NCBI RefSeq assembly: GCF_902652985.1
Contig: NC_047028.1
Coordinates: 10,664,001 to 10,728,000 of the forward strand
Origin: Pecten maximus
Lineage: Eukaryota
Direction: 5' to 3'
DNA length: 64,000 bases
Below are positions 47,901 through 59,710 of this stretch, piece after piece. Every line of letters starts with the position of its first letter. The first letter of the stretch is position 1. The notes below the pieces were generated by a model, which did no database searches, had not been told where the DNA came from, and worked only from the letters and a program-made list of their open reading frames with translations. A program made the translations under genes and the position numbers.

Positions 47901-50900
47901 TGACTTAACCCGTATTTGACCTAAATTTGTATGGCGGTTTTCGTCGATGAGAAGACGCTTAATTTTCCGGAATTCCTTGCCGTTTCCTCCTTTTAAGTTT
48001 TCGGGAGTTTTCATGCAAATTTTTATTTTTGTTAATATCTTGCTCTAATTTACTTTGAATTTGAAATATAGTTTCATTATTATGTCAGAATTCTTTGTTC
48101 TTGAAATCGAGCAAGCCCTTATGTATGCTTATTTCTGATCTACATACATGAGGGAGTCTTTATAACTTTCTGTTACTGCGAGCAACATACAAGTTCACCA
48201 TTGAAATACGTAAATGTATTGTCCACTGACGTTAAGTATTAAAAATACAAATTATAATTACCACTCAGGACTGTGAAGTTCCTCGACACTTTCTCTGCCG
48301 TTCCTTTGTAGCATGCTGTTGCTGTGATGGATACCACTACACCCGGTTTTGCCACGAGAGATACAAATCCTCTGCAGATCCTCGGCACAGATCTATCGCT
48401 GTGAATGTAATAAGAACGCCAGAGTTATCTCCCTTGCACGTGCTTTATTTATTTTTTCAGATGGACGTTATTTTATAGCCACAAGTACACGGACTATTCA
48501 GAACATAATTTGATTAGGTGGTAGGATGGCACTGTGATGACACACTTCGCGATGGGTTTTCTCCGGGAACTCTGGTTTCCTCCCACAGTAAGACCCCACG
48601 CGATTCCACAAGAGCTAAGAAGAGTTATCAATATTGGTTGATATAACTTATTTCGAAATTGTTGCATTATAAATAAAGTCATTACATAATACTATGAGAA
48701 AGCAGTATTTACAACGATAACACATATTCAAATCATCACAAAAAATATCAAAAAATAAAATTCAATTCCAGTTCAACTGTTATTCATTTATTTCCGACAA
48801 AACATATTGTTGCATGCGTTTGCATGTTATAGGAACAAAGAAAAATATTGTTTATATTATATATATAATGTGGAGTAATTTACCTTGCACAGCCCTGTAT
48901 TACTACAGGCGGAACACGAGTTGTCCCTATGTTGTGCCCATCTTTATGATATATAATGTTGATATTTCTTTCTGCAGCGTCACATCCAAAGTTGACATGA
49001 TAAGAAAACGTGACATTCTGTTGATCAGCCTTTACATAAGAGGTATCACTAGACAACTTGACTTCCGGCTTGTCAAAACTTTTTCTACAATCTGAAGGAT
49101 GTCAAATACAATAGACAAATATACATTACTGTGAAAGCATAGGGTCATGAAGTAAATTATCTGAAAAATATTCAACTGAAATTGACCTGCAAATCATCTG
49201 AAAAAAAGATCAATTTTAAAGGAAGAAATTTTCAGGTAAATTTCAGATCAATTTAATGTCAGTTTGACCTGATAAAATCTGAAAATGAATGTGAAATGAA
49301 GTGTGAAGTTTCCGTGCCAATTTTAGGTAAATTGCAGGTCAAATTCAGGTCAATTTCTTGATATGAATCGACTATTTCGACCTGAAAATGTTCACATGCA
49401 ATAAACATGAATTAGAACTAAATGATTTAGAATGGAGCTAAAACATGAATATTCTATTTGTTAATATCTCCTACAATAAAACTATGTCGAAATAAAAGAA
49501 AATGAAAATTATTCAATGTTGTTATTGTATCTAAAGGCCGGCTACAGCTGTTCGTTAAATTTCTCAATTGATATAGTTGGACATATTATTCCATGTTCTC
49601 TCGTCCGACAAAGAAAAATATATTTTCGAAATAAAGAATCTCATGCAGAATGTTTCTTCCTTTTTGTGATAAGCGAACGCTTTTGTAGACAGCACTGGAT
49701 ACATTGTTATTGAACACCCATTTCCGAACCTATGACCTGTTCTTCTACAATAACAGATTTTAGCCAATGACAAAAGCTGTTACATCATCGACAATGTGTT
49801 ATACATGTATAACATTAATAAACATTGCAATATATAATCTCCATCAATACAATACTTACCAATTGCTGTTAGATGAACAGTCTGGTTACCATTACTAGTG
49901 ATACACCTATACAAGCCCATTTTGTGTCTACCTATTTGATCAAATGATATCGTCTCGTTGGTATACGGGAGTAGTTTCCATGTCTTTGTATCCCGTGAGA
50001 AATACCATTTCCGAGTGGTACCGTTATATCTATTGTCACAGCAGGGAATGTATATCGTCTCAAACTTTGGGCTACCTAACTGTACCTCCATCAATGGACA
50101 AACAGGCTTGAACTGACCATCTGAAACCAGTAAAACAAAATAATGGGGCACATGATAAGTCAAATAATAAAATAACGGAGTTTTTACACTACACTGTATA
50201 TCATTTGTATCTGAAAGGAACCAATAAGGAGTGCTGGCTAAAAGAAGGAGGATATGTGTATTCCAAATTATATGGACAAAATACAAAAGGAGAGATATAG
50301 ATCTTTGTTGTGTAACAAAACTATCGATTCAGTGCTGAACTGAAATCCATACCCGTAAGAATAGTCAAAGATAACATAGGTGAGACTGTGGTTAGTCATC
50401 ATTTTAATGTATCTAACAAACAACGTATGTACGATTTCACAGGTGAAGCGGATATGGGGCTTCAAGTAGTTGAATACCAATGTAAACAGGCCTGCATTTT
50501 CTCTGCACATCTCAGGTTTCGTCATTGTAAAATTTTCTAATACACGTGCAAATTCAAGTTCAAATTCATTTTATTCTCTTTTCAAATGATTTATAGAGAA
50601 AACATATCACAAAATGTCTTAAGGTCAAATGAAAGGAGTAGATTAGTCATTTCAGGTCAAGAAATTGAACTGAATTTTCATGTCGATTTCGGGTCGATAT
50701 TTTGTCAGGTCAAATTCACCTTAAGACATTTTGCCTTTGTTTATAGAGTTAAATACTTATTAAACACGTGATTAGTCATATGATACATAAAACAGAATAC
50801 ATATTACACTATTGAAAGTCTATTTTGTCAAAAAAAAAACCAAACAAGCTACTAATAATAATCACTGTTAAACCACTTACCGGCCGTACTTGTTTTACAA

Positions 50901-51019
50901 TAATCCCTCTCTGGAATGGTTACACAACTGTCTTCCCGGGCACACAATGGTTGAGTAAGGGGTATAGTACAACATAGTGTTATCCCCCTCAACAACACGA
51001 GGATTTCCTGGGGTTTCAT
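44952..51019 (-). CDS. IL-1-receptor-like type I membrane protein: signal peptide, 2 Ig-like domains, TM, TIR, Ser/Thr-rich tail; 7 coding exons, 580 aa
   Basis: Phase-compatible GT-AG exons: 51019-50881 (MKPQEILVLLRGITLCCTIPLTQPLCAREDSC...); 50120-49860 (Ig: IYIPCC..KWYF..MGLYRC..TVHLTAI); 49091-48884 and 48398-48262 (second Ig-like); 47003-46830 (TM: VLLPLSVVTILGFLLVTALI-RSK); 46089-45940 (KQVYICHCDEDVSPAKKLYDIL..LKVVCSADLTGG); 45625-44952 (..IKKSDVVFFIPNYS..LKHIDMRRDNFFSELQKRL plus tail). Total 1743 nt. Probable 5'UTR exon 52300-52191 and a first exon ending at 52714. Confidence 0.85.
48520..48690 (+). mobile_element. V-domain-type SINE fragment in a receptor intron
   Basis: GGGTTTTCTCCGGGAACTCTGGTTTCCTCCCACAGTAAGACCCCACGC. 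Confidence 0.65.
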
Positions 51020-51227
51020 CACAGACAGTGATCAAAGTAGTGCCGCAATAATTATTACACCTGACGAGAAAAATTGATAGCAATATAAACTTCTTGTACC
51101 ACACTGCATAGCATTAGTACTGCGTTGTGTCCATTTGATTTTGAATCTGATCCAGACAGACAGCTAGACGGTATGTACTCTGGCCATCAAAAGCAACCAT
51201 GTGTTATAGGTATGCATATATATTAAC

Positions 51228-51455
51228 ATTTTAGCAAGGTATGATTATTAGGAAAGCAGTTAAATTTTTATCGGAAATCATCTATACCTGTATATATCAC
51301 CATAGTAATACTAACGGTAAATGTTCCTTCCTCATGTGTACATTTAAGCAAGGTATGATTATTAGGAAAGCAGTTAAATTTTTATCGGAAATCATCTATA
51401 CCTGTATATATCACGATAGTAATACTAACGGTAATTGTTCCTTGCTCATGTGTAC
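51228..51455. repeat. Tandem duplication of about 114 bp
   Basis: AGCAAGGTATGATTATTAGGAAAGCAGTTAAATTTTTATCGGAAATCATC... occurs twice head to tail. Confidence 0.9.
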
Positions 51456-51758
51456 TTTGATAGGAGTGATGTTATTAACTGGAAAACCAGAGTCGACCAC
51501 AGCTACTTGAGGTTGGATTTATCAAATTTTGTGAGTAGTAAGAGAGTAAATCGATTTTCAACAATCAATTACATAATTTAGGCAGTTTGTAGAAATAGCT
51601 ATCCATATAGTGGTCTTGATACCCACTATCTGGGTGGTGATTCTTATCAATGAATCTACACCATCATTAATTTTCGATATATTTGTTACAGTAATGAACT
51701 GTGTAGGCGGACTAGCTTGTGGTTTGTTAATATATCATTCTAATTTACTTTTATAAAA

Positions 51759-51877
51759 CACAGGGACTTGGCACGATTTTTCAAATGATGGTCCATACAT
51801 ATGTCCATATATATATATATATATGTATTATAGTATTATATGGACCATTATTTGGGAAATCTTGCCAAGCTCCTGTG
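51759..51877. mobile_element. Small palindromic MITE (CACAGG termini)
   Basis: CACAGGGACTTGGCACGATT...TGGTCCATA / TATGGACCA...AATCTTGCCAAGCTCCTGTG; imperfect 8-bp flanks TTATAAAA and CTATAAAC. Confidence 0.7.
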
Positions 51878-53171
51878 CTATAAACTGTGTATACTTCGGA
51901 GTAGTGCGACATTAATCATGGCAGACCTACGTATATGTGGTCGCATTCACTAGAGAATTGATTACAATTTTTTTTGACAACTTGGCTTGAAATGAAAGCT
52001 AATTTAAAAGATAAAGGGAAATTAATACATCAAAATATTGGAATTTTAGCCGTATACATCGAAAATTGATAAAAATGTAGATAAGTGAAATATATATATA
52101 CAAAAAAATAAATAAATAAAATTAAAAAAAAAAGTAAAATTAAATTGAAAAAAAAATTAAATCATTGATTTTTATCCTGAAATACCTCACCAATATTTGA
52201 TACACATTTCACATGATAAAGAGTCTATGTCAAGATGTCAATGTCAAACAGAATTCACGAGATTTATACGGTATTGACAAAAATGATATTCAGTGGAAGG
52301 CTGTAAGGAAAGCATTTCACAAAAGATTACATTAACACTGAGGATTGTGAATGTAAACCTTATAAGAAAAAGCAAATAAAAGTATAAAAACGTCTCAAAG
52401 TCATAATACATTCAACAGTAGGCAGGACTTTAATGAGTGTATGTTGAGAGGGCCATTCATGTCACACATTTCTAGACCACATACGCCCAAATTTTGAATT
52501 GGTATAGTGTGATTCCTTATAAAATGAGATTGGTTATAATATACCTACCTAGATCAGATTGAGGAGTGGTGTATGTGACGTAAGCTTTTAAGTTCGCTAA
52601 TTGGATTTCAGCTGACAATCATATACAATGTACATGTACCATAATTATACGTTTATAAACGTTGTGTCATCAATATAATAACTGTACGTCACTACATGTC
52701 GATATATTCTTACCTGTTTTGTTTTCATTGTAGTTGGTAATCGCCATTTTCTGTTATAGGTTGTTTACTTCCTGGTAATTGAATCCAGATGAGGTTATCT
52801 CCCTTGTACCAAGAGTGGCGTTGTATTCTCCAATCTGAGTGACATAATACAGCCGAGACGTCCCTCACTTATACGGGACTGATGGAGACCAAAAGATAGA
52901 TAACTCGTCTATACTACATGTATGCTAGATATGAATGCAATATCATTTCTTACTAGGGTAAACTATTGCAGAAACGGGAATAAATTTTCTTGCACTTTAG
53001 CTAGAATCAGTTAATATTACGTTATTTATAGGAACATTAGATATGTCATAATTTGGCTTCAAAATAAAAGAATAGAAGATAATAGTATTGCTTCAAAAAG
53101 CTATAAATCATCAAAGCGTATTATTAATAATATTATTATTATAATTAAATTCATCATTGAATAATTATAAA

Positions 53172-54938
53172 ATAATTTAATTAATATATCGCAAAAAAAT
53201 CTAATAACCACCATAATAAAATCATTGGTCCAGTCCTGATGCGGACAGTGGTCATATACATGTATATATAAATTTGATTGACACATTGACTTCTTTATGT
53301 TTACATAAATGTAACGATTCCTGTTTATTGGGGTTTTTAAGTGAACCAACACGGACGGAAATGAAATGATTGTGAAGATAACAACAAGAAATATCTTTAA
53401 AAAAGATAAACGGCATAGTTTTAATGCTGGTGGTTATAATGTAAAACTGCTGGTGAAATAAATTAACGAACTCATTAATAAATGCGCAGTTTCAGCACGG
53501 ATAACAAAATTATATCAGTTTGAATCATTTTTGGTGATAATAAGACTGCATTTGAATCAGGAATATGATTTTATTAATGTGCCATTTGAATAGATACATC
53601 CACTTATTCAGCTTGCTTTCAATCTTAATTTTGTTTCGTCTTTAACTGCATGTCTTCATTTTGCATTTACCGCTACATTGACCAATCACATACTCCATCA
53701 TGACCAGTAACGCCACCTGTCGCGTCATATCCGGGAACAAAAGAAAATTATACGGCTATGCCGAAAAAGCTTCAAACATCCTAAAAAACGCACCCTTTTC
53801 GAGGACGGTCCTTGTCGCGGACGGGTAGAATCAGGATACTTATGTTTTATTTTTCTAAGGTTTCTGAATGTATCAACAGAAATGAATGAACATCATCCAA
53901 AGACAAGTATAAACGATTTTTTTTTTAGAAAAGATGACAAAACCTTTGAAACATCCAAAAACACCTTATTCTAGGACGAACTTGCTGGGAACAGCTAAAT
54001 ATAAAAAAATATAATGTTAAACATGTATATGTCTGAAGATTTAAAAGTTTATCAACACGAAAACAAGAGTTTATTATCTTTAGACAAGTTTAATGATTTT
54101 GAAATAGAAAAGATAGCAACACAAAATTTGTAACGTCCTGGAAAAACACATCGTTTCAGGACGGTCGTAACGGGGGGACAGCCTGAATCAGGAATATTAT
54201 ATAGTTTTATATTTCAGAGATTTCAAGGGATATTCCACAGCTTAAAATGTCTTATTGTTCTGTAGTTTTTAAATTAATCAAAATACCATTTCTGTGGTCA
54301 AATTGAGCGATTGATTGGACAAACGAAATTGTTGAGAATACCTGTGTCCAGTATATACTTAAGCCGTCTAAATATAACGCCTCGGGGAATAAAGAACTGA
54401 ATCTCACTGATTCATAGATTTTTAAAACATTTTTTTTTTAGTTTTTTTTTTTTTAGTTTTGGGTGAATACAAAGAGAGTATACTTTTCACTAATACTTTC
54501 TGTTTTGATTGTTATATCAATGCTGCGCTAGGCTGATTTTCTACCAAATATATAGTGTACACCAATATTATATGCAGTTCAGCTAATACAAGGTTACCAG
54601 TCTTCAAGTAATTAGGACCACATTAATGTTTCTTAATTGGTCTAGTTAAATCTATTAGGAATTTCCACAAATTAGGTATGGACCGCAATAAATCCTGGGA
54701 GGGATTGAGGCGCCTCGGTATATTTTTCTATGAAATGTAATAAACAGAATGTCTGAAAGTATCTTCAGTCATACCATATATATCACTCACGTGGCTAATA
54801 GTTTACTATTTTTCACTCATGCTACGCTCGCGAAAAATATAAAAATATAGCCACATTCGTGAAATATATTTGGTTTTACTGAAGACACTGTTAGATATTC
54901 TCTATACATTTGTAACTCCAAATGCGCTTAAAAATATA
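53172..54938. repeat. ~1.8-kb direct repeat, copy 1 (non-coding, TE-derived composite)
   Basis: Closely matches 57282-59066 along its length. Confidence 0.92.
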
Positions 54939-56801
54939 GGAATGTAAGTGAACCCCAAATATTATTTTCAATAGTCGCAGTTTATTACATTTAATTTCTA
55001 TAATATAAACCAACATCTCAATGCTTATATAATGTTTGTATTAACTTAATCAGGAAGTTATAATTTCATTTGAATAAAATATGGTTTCTTAAAACTAATG
55101 AGTAAGTAAACAAATGAAATTAACCAGCAGTTTACTATTTTGGATCCCTGCTATGAAATATAAATACTCGTCTATGTCATGATATCGTTGATTAAGATAC
55201 TAATAGACATATATTGTTTCATTTCAAATTAATTTCTATTACTTTCGGAAAGATACATACTTCTCCCTGTATTGAAATGAGTATACTGGACAAAAACAGT
55301 AACAGTACCTAACAATCCACATTGTCTTCTGAATTTTAAATATTAACTACTATTTCTCTCATATCTCGCCATGTTGGATAGAGTTTGCCCATGTAAGATA
55401 GCTATGTAAGATAAATCTAAATCTATCTTACATAGCATTTCACGCGCGCGGATTAATCTGCGTTCAAGGGGGACAACTCTCACAACGTCGTCTGCTTGTG
55501 TTCACATCCGACAGTCCTTATCGTCGGTGTCGGTTTTGAAACGTTGGACTTAACTATAAAAATACATACATTCTTAGATAAATATATATCATATCAGCAG
55601 TAAATCAATAGGGCTACACGGTTAAACGATTAGACATTTCATCTGAGCGAACATATAACTCCGTTACTGTAACAAACAGTTAGACTACGCCTACAGGCCT
55701 GTTGTAACAGTACAGTACAATACAGACTTGCCTACCCGACAGAATTGTCATTTGTCATTAAAAACATGTAAACACACACAATCACCTGGCAATGACAGGA
55801 AGTAAAATAAAAGCCATACATAAAAAAAATATGAAAAAGAAAATGTCAAACGTCACAACCTATGAAATGATTCCGTTTGCGTCAGCAGGGGGCCCTGGAA
55901 TTTGTTTACTCTACTGTACTGTCAGTAACTGTTAGGCCTACTCAGTAACCTGTGTATTTGGAAGTTGGGAATTGGCTCTTAAATGAACGAACACTCGGTA
56001 AAAATGACACCCCTCGATGTTCATATAAAAATATTTATTTCAATTGTAACTCAGAGTCTATATTTGTGTAGAGTAACCATGAAAACTAACTGCCATCCTA
56101 ACCTTTCAATATGATCATCGTTAGCCTATCGACTGACCTACCTTCGTCATTCCATCAAGACAACCGGTTAAACACATATAATCCTATGTCACAGAAAAGA
56201 TCGAATACTCGTATAGAGTCACTGTTCGCTGGTTCACACACGAAGTTGCCAAAATCACAGTGAATTTAAAATTACCAGCCACGAAACATCGCCGCGTCAT
56301 GGCGATCGAGATCGACATCACTCTCAATATCCTTGAACTATGAATGGAATTCCAATGACAGTCGTGACGTCATGCAGTGACGTAGTATCTTATAAAAAAA
56401 AATTTGACTTGACATTTAAAAGTACAGTGTGTTCTGTGAAATGATTAAATATGTCGAGGTACAAATCAAATTATATGTGAAGTTGGAAAACTCATTTCAG
56501 CGTTGGCTTTCAGTATTGTTGATAGAACTTCTTTTTCTCGGATGTTGACAATTTGATCACGGCCACGTAAAAGTCGGTCAAGTTACGGTAATTTTTATCG
56601 GCGAATTGTTCATTCGTTCATCACTTAACCACAAAATGAATGAAATTTGTGTGCAAACATAGTTTGCCAAAATAGGGTATGATCTTTCAGAATATTACAA
56701 GTATATTTAGTAAAAACGTCAAATAAAGAAATTAAAAAATTGAAGAAAATGGATGGCTGAGGGACACTTTCGCCAGAAATTCGGTAATGATATCAGAGAA
56801 A

Positions 56802-56956
56802 AAGACTCTTTCATTATGTGTGTATGTAGGATAGGGATATTCCACCCTCGGGATCACAAAATGTGGTAAAACCCTCGGCAAGCCTCGGGTTTCACCACAT
56901 TTTGTGACCCCTCGGGTGGAATATCCCTATCCTACATATACACATATGAGAGTCTT
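56802..56956. repeat. 155-bp hairpin with CTCG/CTCG mismatches, probable subterminal structure of a non-autonomous element
   Basis: The arms GTAGGATAGGGATATTCCACCCTCGGGATCACAAAATGTGGTAAAACCCTCGGC and GCCTCGGGTTTCACCACATTTTGTGACCCTCGGGTGGAATATCCCTATCCTAC pair around an AA loop. Confidence 0.85.
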
Positions 56957-57281
56957 ATAATCTTTTGTTTTGATTGTAAAGAAACATATAAAATATATTT
57001 CTTTCTCGAAGAAAATAAATAAATACAAACAGTGATATAAATGTCAGTCATAATGATGTGTGTATATATATACTTCCATACTATGCAAATATTCAGATAT
57101 GATTATAATTACTTGAAAGGAAATAGTATGCAATGGATGCTTATACATGTATGTATCAGAGTTTTGAATATGTGATATGAAAAAATGGATGAAGGTAATC
57201 AGGAACGAATGTATTGTCAAATTGTGTCATGTGTATGTATTTTTTGTTTGAAAACTGAATAAAAATATGTTATAAAAAAAA

Positions 57282-59066
57282 TTAATTTAATTAATATATC
57301 GCAAAAAATTATAATAACCACCATAATAAAATCATTGGTCCAGTCCTGATGCAGACAGTGGTCATATACATGTACATGTATTTATAAATTTGATTGACAC
57401 ATTGACTTCTTTATGTTTACATAAATGTAACGATTCCTGTTTATTGGGGTTTTTAAGTGAACCAACACGGACGGAAATGAAATGATTGTGAAGATAACAA
57501 CAACAAGAAATATCTTTAAAAAAGATAAACGGCATAGTTTTAATGCTGGCGGTTATAATGTAAAACTGCTGGTGAAATAAATTAACGAACTCATTAATAA
57601 ATGCGCAGTTTCAGCACGGATAACAAAATTATATCAGTTTGAATCATTTTTGGTGATAATAAGACTGCATTTGAATCAGGGATATGATTTTATTAATGTG
57701 CCATTTGAATAGATACATCCACTTATTCAGCTTGCTTTCAATCTTAATTTTGTTTCGTCTTTAACTGCATGTCTGCATTTTGCATTTACCGCTACATTGA
57801 CCAATCACATACTCCATCTTGACCAGTAACGCCACCTGTCGCATCATATCCGGGAACAAAAGAAAATTATACGGCTATGCCGAAAAAGCTTCAAACATCC
57901 TAAAAAACGCACCCTTTTCGAGGACGTTCCTTGTCGCGGACGGGTAGAATCAGGATACTAATGTTTTATTTTTCTAAGGTTTCTGAATGTATCAACAGAA
58001 ATGAATGAACATCATCCAAAGACAAGTATAAAAGTATATTTTTTTTTAGAAAAGATGACAAAACCTTTGAAACATCCAAAAACACACCTTATTCTAGGAC
58101 GAACCTGCTGGGAACAGCTAAATACCAAAAATATAATGTTAAACATGTATATCTCTGAAGATTTAAAAGTTAATCAACACGAAAACAAGAGTTTATTATC
58201 TTTAGACACGTTTAATGATTTGGAAATAGAAAAGATAACAACACAAAATTTGTAACGTCCTGGAAAAAACACATCGTTTCAGGACGGTCGTAACGGGGGG
58301 ACAGCCTGAATCAAGAATATTATATAGTTTTATATTTCAGAGATTTCAAGGGATATTCCACAGGTTAAAATGTCTTATTGTTCTATAGTTTTTAAATTAA
58401 TAAAAATACCATCTCTGTGGTAAAATTGAGCGATTGTTGGACAAACGAAATTGTTGAGAATAGCCTTGTCCAGTATATACTTAAGCCGTCGAAATATAAC
58501 GCCTCGGGAATAAAGAACTGAATTTCACTGATTCATAGATTTTTAAAACATTTTTTTGTTTTTTTTTTTGTTTTTTTTTAGTTTTTGGTGAATACACAGA
58601 GTGTATACTTTTCACTAATAATTTCTGTTTTGATTGTTATATCAATGCTGCGCTAGGCTGATTTTCTACCAAATATATAATGTACACCAATATTATATGC
58701 AGTTCAGCTAATACAAGGTTACAAGTCTTGACGTAATTAGGACCACATGAATATTTCTTAATTGGTCTAGTTAAATATATTAGGAATTTCCACAAATTAG
58801 ATATGGACGACAATAAATCCTGGGAGGGATTGAGGCGCCTCGGTATATTTTTCTATGAAATGTAATAAACAGAATGTCTGAAAGTATCTTCAGTAATACC
58901 ATATATATCACTCATGTGGCTGATAGTTTATTATTTTTCACTCATGCTACGCACTCTCGAAAATTATAAAAATATAGCCACATTCGTGAAATATATTTTG
59001 TTTTACCGAAGACACTGTTAGATATCCTCTATATATTTGTAACTCCAAATGCGCTTTAAAATATAG
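57282..59066. repeat. ~1.8-kb direct repeat, copy 2
   Basis: Closely matches 53172-54938. Confidence 0.92.
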
Positions 59067-59259
59067 ATACAATATACAATACAATGCAAAATTATAAATT
59101 ATAGTGTAATATGCATCACAATTACATTTTAGCTTTTTATACCGAAAACAGGTGTAATTGATGTAAAATTAATTAGTATCTTATTCTTCTGAACGGTCTC
59201 TTTAGACGGCTGAGAGATGAACTTGTGTTGACCCAGACAACGATATCTATTACACATAC

Positions 59260-59710
59260 TATTAATACATATCACCAGAACTGGACATACGATATATATT
59301 ACACATTAATTATAATGTAATTCTTAGACTGGACATACGACATATACTACACATACTATTGATATATACCACTTGGACTGGACATACGACATATACTACA
59401 CATAATATTAATATATACGACTTGAACTAGACATACGATATATACTGTACTACACATAATATCAATGTATACCACTTGAACTAGACATACGATATAAACT
59501 ACACACACTATTAATGCATACCACTTGAACTGGTCATACGTTATATACTACACATAATATTAATATATACCACTTGGACTAAGCATACGATATATACTAC
59601 ATTTTATATTAATATATACCACTTAAACTGGACATACGACATATACTACACATAACATTAGTATATACCACTTGGACTAAACATACAATTTAAACTACCC
59701 ATAATATTAA
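59260..59710. repeat. ~49-bp tandem repeat, about 9 copies
   Basis: Unit CTGGACATACGACATATACTACACATAATATTAATATATACCACTTGGA; units start at 59329, 59378 and 59427. Confidence 0.9.

Noticed and set aside
49564-49773. Extra cysteine-containing receptor exon
   Set aside because: Its open frame is phase-incompatible with the flanking phase-1 exons and I found no convincing donor.
50895-51104. ORF MWYKKFILLSIFLVRC as the receptor signal-peptide exon
   Set aside because: That frame stops before the splice donor; the alternative frame from ATG 51019 runs to the donor at 50881 in the phase needed for the Ig exon.
53172-59066. LTR retrotransposon
   Set aside because: No TG...CA termini, primer-binding site, TSD or gag/pol remnant is visible between the direct repeats.
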